64,000 nt of DNA from a virus. Location of the stretch: the IMG/VR virus record IMGVR_UViG_3300045125_000058, positions 4,265 through 68,264 of that record; one strand, given 5' to 3'. Positions 57,608 through 64,000 of the stretch are shown here, piece after piece. The position numbers were made by a program, and so were the translations under genes. The notes beneath the pieces were generated by a model. That model was given only the letters and a program-made list of their open reading frames with translations. It did not search any database and was not told where the DNA came from. Numbering within the stretch: the first letter of the stretch is position 1; each line of letters opens with the position of its first letter.

Positions 57608-59346
57608 ATGCGTCCCGGAAACTTGGTTCCATCCTTTTACTTCTATAAGTTGGCTGATGCTCTCAGCAGCCCTTATACGTCTTTGACGGCCTATTCCGCT
57701 GGATTGATCGACGCACAGGGAAATGTCTTAAAGCCAGAAAGCAGCATCGATCCTTTTGAATATCTTGTCATAAAATTGAAAAAGATCTTCGATCAATTGC
57801 CTTATGGAATGACAAGAGCCAGACTTGGAAATTATCTATCAACTCTTCAATTGTTTTCTGAAGAAGTAGAACAGTTTGACATTACTCAAGAACAATTTCA
57901 TTGTTTGGTTGAAGGGCTTGTAACTCAGTACTCAAATGGAGAATTGAGTTATTTGGAGTTGCTTGAAGACATGTCAACAGGTGGTGGAGCTGGTGCTTTG
58001 GGAGTTCCTGCACAAGGTGGAAATATCAATCAAGGTGGTATAGCCGGATTTGATCCACGACTTGGAATGCCTCTTCAAAGAAGAAAGACTCCAAAGTACT
58101 TTGACAACTGTGAAATATTTGAAGTGTGTCCAGAAGAATTTTTGCAATTAAAGGCAGCAAGAACTTGGAAAGAAGTTCCCGAAGGTGATACAAAAAATTA
58201 TCTGCAACGATTTCAACGAAGAAACAAGGGTGGAAAGATTGCTGTCAAGTCTTTGAACCCATTGAACGCGGAGCATGAATTGCATTGGATCAATTATCCT
58301 GCCAAAAACTTTATGGAAGATATTGACTTGTCTTTTTTTCTGAATTGTTAACTGAAACAAATGATGACAATCCAGATAGATTTGATGGTCCTGATGGAGG
58401 ATCACAAGCAGATTCATCAGAGGTTGCATTGGGTCAAGTTTCAAAACAAATTGCAGATGTTGCAAAAGCAAGAGAACAAAAAAGGGGACACACTCCACCA
58501 AGAAGTTTTCCAGACGATCCACATAAAGAATTTGTGGCACATATGAAGCATCTTATGTTTCAATATTCAGACCCCAATGTATCTAAAGGAAGAAAAACAG
58601 AAATTGAAGGCAGAATGTTATTTCATGCCAAAGCATACAATATGCTAAAAGACAATCACGAAGAATTGTCAAAATATATTGCACGTGCACATCCAATGAT
58701 TCATTCAAGCACAAGTGCTAATGATAGTGAAATAAGAAAAGAGGGTGATTCTTTGTTTGTTCAACATGGAAAAGATGGTGTTGTCACACACCCATTAGAA
58801 ATAAAAGGCAAAGGTGGCAACATAAAGGACAGCATTACAAATGAACAAAAAGATCACCTGATAAAACATTATGGTCACTTAATGCCAACATGGGTTCAAG
58901 GAGCATCAGCACATCCAGTTGCTGGCCAAAGATTTATGTTTCAAACTCATCATGGCAAAAAATTAGAGGAAGAATTTAAAGCAGCCTTGGATGCCGAAGA
59001 AGCTGATGCCATAAAAGATCAAAGAGTCTCAATGAGACACCAGATTCTTTCTAGTTTAAAAGCACAACCTTCACATTTGGTTAGAAAAATAGGAAAACGA
59101 TTCTATTATTTTGGAAATCCGACCACATCAGAACCTAAACTCAGATTAGGTTGGTCTGGAAAAGAACGAGGCCAAGAAGTTCCAGAAAGAAGAACTTCCC
59201 TTAGAATCGAACGAAATTTAGGACAAAATAAAAAATTTAATGGTGAATTGGTAAGAATAACCCAAGATGAATATTCACCTTGGGTTTCTTCTCTTGATGA
59301 AGTCTCAAAAACTCAATTTGAGACACTTTTCAAACAACATCATTAA
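57608..59346 (+). CDS. Late protein; ORFs 57608-58351 and 58345-59346 probably one gene
   Basis: CTAAATA at 57595; AGLIDAQGNVLK motif; an indel in a T-run joins the two frames as FSELLTETNDD. Confidence 0.55.
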
Positions 59347-59564
59347 TCCTGAATAAAGTTTTTCTTCTTACAGCATTTGGGTTTTATGCAAGAGTTTCTT
59401 TCTCGGGCTTCATTGATTATTTTTGTATCCGCATCTTCCCAACCAGTTTTGTATTCCTTCCAATAAGGATCCATTCCAAAAACTGCTTGATTTGGAAGTT
59501 CACCACCATTCATACGACAATTAAAACCCTTATCATAACCTTCACCTGGCTTGTATAGACTCAT
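59343..59564 (-). CDS. Hypothetical protein
   Basis: 73-aa ORF in a tightly packed minus-strand operon. Confidence 0.55.
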   Translation of the reverse strand: MSLYKPGEGYDKGFNCRMNGGELPNQAVFGMDPYWKEYKTGWEDADTKIINEARERNSCIKPKCCKKKNFIQD

Positions 59565-59566
59565 AA

Positions 59567-59986
59567 TTAATCCTTTTGTCTAGGGGGCATTGGAATCATT
59601 TGAATTTGATTGAGAACTTTATCCAAAGCCTTCACGTGAGCATACTGTTCAGTGATCGCTAGATATCCACGAATCTCAATCAACTTCATGTATTCATCTT
59701 GAGTAAAGTTTACCACAGTAGACTTTCTTGAATTTTTGCGAGATGGCTTTCTGTGATTCTGTTGCTGCGAATGTTCCCTGAGAATATCATTGATATTCAG
59801 ATAATTTGCAAGATCTTCCATTCCGTTACCCTTATTCATATTTTCCCACATCTTTCGAAATGCTTCAGATGACTTGGAATTGTATGGAAGTTTCCAATAA
59901 TTGAATGGAGGATAATTGTTTGGATTGTTACCGTTTTCATCTCCATTTTGCCATTGATCAAAATCGTTATAGTCAGAGTTATTCAT
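59567..59986 (-). CDS. Hypothetical Asn-rich protein
   Basis: AAAGGA SD; 139-aa ORF. Confidence 0.6.
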   Translation of the reverse strand: MNNSDYNDFDQWQNGDENGNNPNNYPPFNYWKLPYNSKSSEAFRKMWENMNKGNGMEDLANYLNINDILREHSQQQNHRKPSRKNSRKSTVVNFTQDEYMKLIEIRGYLAITEQYAHVKALDKVLNQIQMIPMPPRQKD

Positions 59987-59995
59987 AGTTTCCTT

Positions 59996-60292
59996 TCAGT
60001 TGACATCAAAGAATTGCTCGTACAAAACTTTTCCATGATTGTCTGTCACGGAAAGATAACGTACATGACGAGTGAGTGCGTCATTAATATTTAGACCATC
60101 CTTTGAACCAAAGGACAGGTTCTTAATCCAAGCCGCACAGCCACCCAAGGAAATTCTGACTTCATTACCATTCACATCAGAACCGTAAAAATCAAAGGTA
60201 GCCTTCTCACCATCATAATAGGTAAAGAAACACTCAATCTTATCAAACTTTTTGCGAATGTCCTCAATGGACATCTGTGTAGAATTAGCCAT
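59996..60292 (-). CDS. Hypothetical protein
   Basis: ATG at 60292 (MANSTQMSIEDIRKKF...) overlapping the upstream stop. Confidence 0.6.
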   Translation of the reverse strand: MANSTQMSIEDIRKKFDKIECFFTYYDGEKATFDFYGSDVNGNEVRISLGGCAAWIKNLSFGSKDGLNINDALTRHVRYLSVTDNHGKVLYEQFFDVN

Positions 60293-60459
60293 TTGGCAAT
60301 CTCTCTTGCTTGACTGACTTAGGAAGTTGGTTAATCCGGTCAAGGCTCTCGGAGTGTTCCAACCTTGGCGTTCATCAGGCTAGCAGCCCTCTGACGCTTA
60401 CGACGTTCATGGCTTCGCTTATGCTTACGATTAGTGATGCGTTGCTTTGAATTAGGCAT
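60285..60459 (-). CDS. Small highly basic protein (~58 aa, one indel)
   Basis: MPNSKQRITNRKHKRSHERRKRQRAASLMNAKVGTLRE(L)DRINQLPKSVKQERLPNG*. Confidence 0.5.
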
Positions 60460-60465
60460 GGTAAA

Positions 60466-60494
60466 AGTATATCACTTGGTCTTGCGTTTGTCAA
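60466..60494 (-). promoter_or_regulatory. Near-consensus sigma70 promoter (minus strand)
   Basis: TTGACA (60494-89), 17 bp spacer, TATACT (60471-66). Confidence 0.8.
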
Positions 60495-60744
60495 GTTTTT
60501 TCTTGAGTTCCATGTTTTCTGCAGCAAGTTTGCCAGCAGAAACTGTGATCTCTCGGTTCAATTTTTGGAGTTCTTGGATCTTTTCTTGGAGTTTTTTGAT
60601 TTGGTCTTCTTTTGACATCCAAAAATTTTCTCCCAATTTTCACAGTAAATTTTATAGTTTACTGGCCTGATAAGAATCACCTTTGCCTGCACTCATGACA
60701 ATAGTATATATCAAGCCAACAAAATGTCAAATCTAAATAATTTT

Positions 60745-61560
60745 ATGAAGAACAATAAAGGTTATTATAGTTGGATTCACTCCCTTAAGCAAGCCGCAAT
60801 GCAGTCTCACACAAAGGGTGCTGAAATGCTTTCTGAAGCAAGAAAAAGAGTAGAGCAAGGCCCTGATCTTGCTGCAAAGGCTGCAATTGATGCTGAAATT
60901 TTGGCAAGAGGTGAGCGTAAGAGCATTGAGTGCAAGAGAATTGGCTGCTGCTGGTGATGCAAATGATGTTGCAGCAGAGGCACAGAATGATGAAGATGAG
61001 GATCACATTCCAGACATTGCGGATCCAGATACAGCTCCTCGAACCTTCAATGTGCCTATGACTCCAACGACAACAGAACACCCAGAGCCTTGGTACAAGA
61101 CTCCAGAGGAAGCAAACCGTGCTGCAAGAGAAATGGGTGCGTACTACAGAGGTGAAACGGCTCCAGAAGAAGAAGACTTCGTTCCCCCTCATGAAGAAAA
61201 AGCCCGCAGCAGCGGGTGGTGCTTGGTCAAAACCAGCAACATTCAGAGAGAGCGTGAACAAGAAGATCAAAAAGATTATTTCTGAAATGCGTGGTGATAG
61301 AACCTGTAAGAGATTTGCCGGTTAGAGGTGAAAGAGGAACAATGAAAACTGGCCAATCTGGAGAATCTGCAGGACTTTTGGGTCAAAGACTTCCAACGGA
61401 TTTACTCAATAACATTCGATCCAACACAAAGAAATCCACAAGGAATAATCAAACATTTAATTCAAGTTGTTGAAAATCCTGAACAACATCCACCACATCA
61501 TTATAAAATTGCAAATCAAATATTAAGCACAATGGGTGAAGTTTATAGAGGAAATCGTTA
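60745..61560 (+). CDS. Late acidic hypothetical protein, split by indels
   Basis: CTAAATA at 60733, ATG 60745; overlapping plus-strand ORFs. Confidence 0.4.
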
Positions 61561-61764
61561 AACGTCAGGGAATCCAATTTCCCTAGTCCATTCCCACTCT
61601 TCCCAAATTATTTGAGCAAAATCGTCGCCCCTGTTATGGCGACGATTTTCTATTTCAGCCATTCCGGAAGCCGAGATAGGTGCTTCAAGTTCCCATGAAT
61701 ACCAATACCACTCTCCGGAATCTAATGTCCTGTTGGTAACAAGACACCGGATTTCTCTAGACAT
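61558..61764 (-). CDS. Hypothetical Trp-rich protein
   Basis: 68-aa ORF MSREIRCLVT... Confidence 0.55.
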   Translation of the reverse strand: MSREIRCLVTNRTLDSGEWYWYSWELEAPISASGMAEIENRRHNRGDDFAQIIWEEWEWTREIGFPDV

Positions 61765-62063
61765 GTTATTAGTTAAGAATAGTAACCAAGTTCCCGTTAA
61801 TGACGTAACGACGATATGCTTGTATTAGGCAAAACATTTAGTGTATTTTGAAGCCAAAACTGTATTCAGATGTAAACCCTACGGCAAGTGTTACACTCGC
61901 AGCCGCATCATGAGAAGTAATTCATAGAAGGTAATAGAACCACTGGCTGCGGAACTTAATAATAAAATTCCTTTATGGTTTGGGAGGATTTCATTTAATG
62001 TAAATGAGTTATTGCAGAATTTGAATTATATTTGTCGTACATGATAAAAATATTTAGACTGAC

Positions 62064-62367
62064 TTAATGGTCACATCTTTTCATTGCCAATGAAGTCCAG
62101 AAACGGTTGCTAAATGTTCTGGGGCTGTGGCAAATCCAACCATCCAAATACATCTTTGGACTTGGCCAATTTCTTCATTCACACCAACATGATAGGATGC
62201 ATCTTGGTCTCATATTGGTCTACTTTTGACTTTGAAAGGGAGTCTTTGATTTCCACTTCCTGAACAAATGAATTTTGAATATATTCAGGATAGACAGGTG
62301 TTTCAATTTTAACAGGCTTCTTTGGCTTACGCTTTGGTTGTGATGATGTTTTTCTAATTCTTGGCAT
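62064..62367 (-). CDS. Hypothetical protein (frameshifted)
   Basis: MPRIRKTSSQPKRK..., continues DASYHVG...MKRCDH* in a second frame. Confidence 0.45.
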
Positions 62368-62461
62368 AAATGCGTCTGCAGGGATTTGAACTCTCATACG
62401 GCCAGAATGGAAATCTGGCATGCTGACCGTTACATCATATAGCCGCGTACTAAATATTTAC

Positions 62462-62656
62462 ATGAAAAAACTAAAAGAGGGCAATCTTTACAATGTCGAA
62501 CAGTCTGTAACTCCGAGTACAGGAGCAAATGCCAGCAAAGTTGGTTTGGCTGCGTGGAACCGTGAAATGCGAAAACAATTGATGCAAAAATTGAAGCATT
62601 ATGCTCCCGACCAAGTTGAAAAAATTATAAATGCCACCTTCGGGGACAACATTTAA
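62462..62656 (+). CDS. Small late protein
   Basis: CTAAATA at 62450, ATG 62462. Confidence 0.5.
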   Translation: MKKLKEGNLYNVEQSVTPSTGANASKVGLAAWNREMRKQLMQKLKHYAPDQVEKIINATFGDNI

Positions 62657-62847
62657 ACTCCAAGCATCTTTCGAACTTTGGAATCTCCCTTAAAATACGA
62701 ATCCAATCTAGAAATGATCTTTTCCTTTTCGGAAAGCAGTTTGTTGTATTCCTTGGTGCTTGACTTGTCATTGGTTTCACAGCGACCAATGTGCTTCATA
62801 GTCTCACCATACTCATAAATCAACTCTTCAAGTTCCTTGTTGTTCAT
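62653..62847 (-). CDS. Small hypothetical protein under a sigma70 promoter
   Basis: 64-aa ORF; TTGACA-16-TGcTATACT at 62884-62857. Confidence 0.55.
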   Translation of the reverse strand: MNNKELEELIYEYGETMKHIGRCETNDKSSTKEYNKLLSEKEKIISRLDSYFKGDSKVRKMLGV

Positions 62848-62891
62848 GGTCTAAATAGTATAGCAGCAAATGTAGATTTGTCAAGCAACAT

Positions 62892-64000
62892 ATGAAACAC
62901 CCAAATCAATCATTTATTGACAGTTTTAATAGACCTAATACGGAAATACAAGGACTTTCTACGTATCGATATACTCAAAAATTTATAGAAACAAAAAGAA
63001 AACAAAAATTTGATTATTTTGTTGAGTCTTTGAATAACCCCAAACCAAAGACTAATAATCTAGCACAAGAAATTAATAGAATCTTTTCTTACAATACTCT
63101 GTCAAAAAATACCAATAGAACTTTATTGGAAACAAAACAAAGTATTGGTTCATTACCACAACAGTTTAATTACAATGGTTTGCTTTATGCGTTCAATCAA
63201 GAATTGAATATGTATGTCAATCAACATGGACATGCAATTTCAATTGAACAAGCCACTGCATTTATGGATATGGCTCAACTTGAAGAAGTTGGTTCATTTT
63301 CATCAGAATCAGATACAGATGGTGGAGCCATTGCTCTGCCTTCAGTAATTCCGGAGCCACCAGAGGCACCTACTGGATTGACCGCAACAAACATTGGAAT
63401 AGATGGTGTAACTCTATCTTGGCAGGATAATTCTACTACTGAAACAGAATTCAAAATTTACTATAGAAACTAAGAATAATGCCAAACCTAGATCCAATTA
63501 CATCTGATCAAATTTACATTGATGGAAATACCTTCACTTTAGGTGCAACACTTCCGGGAACTATTTCTATTGGTCAAGTTGTTACAAATATTACAAACTT
63601 AAACCCAGGTATTAGTTATTATTTTTCTGTAGTTGCTTTTAACGATTTGTCCGGTTATTCTGGGTGGGCAGGTCCGATTGTTGTTTATATTCAACCAGAA
63701 ATTAGAACAGTCATAAATGCATATTCATGGACTTGGCCACATTCGCCACTTTATACAACTGCATTTGGTGGAGATCCATTCACACCAATAAGCCTATTCT
63801 CCAACACTCAAGATAACTTATTCTATCTCAGTAATAATAGTTATGTAACACCTGTTTGGAGTCCTGTTAATTTTAATTCATCAAATTCTAGTTTAAGTAA
63901 ATTTACTGGAATCACAGCACCATTTCCAAATGCAAATGTTACAGCAATAAATATCAAGCAATCTGGATATTTTAATTTAAATCAAAAAATTGATAATCTT
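62892..64000 (+). CDS. Late virion-type protein with a fibronectin type III domain (frameshift near 63470; runs off the window)
   Basis: PEAPTGLTATNIGIDGVTLSWQDNS..ETEFKIYY...ITNLNPGISYYFSVVAFN. Confidence 0.7.

Noticed and set aside
1-64000. Stop-codon reassignment (TAG/TGA readthrough), suggested by broken genes and the CUA-loop RNA
   Set aside because: At breaks examined (nrdJ ~44490, gp43 ~38190, HNH ~55308) homology resumes in a different frame, not past an in-frame stop. gp62 ends at a genuine TAG.

Overview
This window is a ~64 kb segment of a large T4-like (gp55/RegA-type) dsDNA bacteriophage genome, with no host genes or CRISPR seen. Scattered 1-nt indels split even essential genes (gp43, gp41, gp61, gp46, gp55, UvsX, NrdJ). 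I treat these as probable uncorrected sequencing/assembly errors and merge the fragments, so many gene ends are approximate. Layout: 1-9.2 kb, island of glycosyltransferase, methyltransferase and NDP-sugar genes; 9.3-15.5 kb, gp55-gp47-gp46-gp45-gp44-gp62-regA; 15.5-33.3 kb, GT2-TPR glycosyltransferase plus a large fibre/collagen/LamG structural island; 33.3-35.9 kb, dUTPase and a minus-strand late-promoter cassette of membrane proteins (lysis-like); 35.9-45.9 kb, DUF1599-like gene, gp43, UvsX, gp40-like, gp41, gp61, ThyX and class II RNR; 45.9-46.6 kb, RNA cluster; 46.6-64 kb, RuvC-like, HNH, exonuclease and many late-promoter-driven unknown proteins. The best-supported surprise is the RNA cluster. 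It holds three tRNAs, an atypical tRNA-like element with CUA in its loop, and a circularly permuted (two-piece) tmRNA. The tmRNA has G3:U70, A73, an H-type pseudoknot, the tag ATTKAAPLRMAA* and only a 6-nt intervening segment. A further long hairpin follows. All protein family calls come from motif recognition by eye; no database searches were run.
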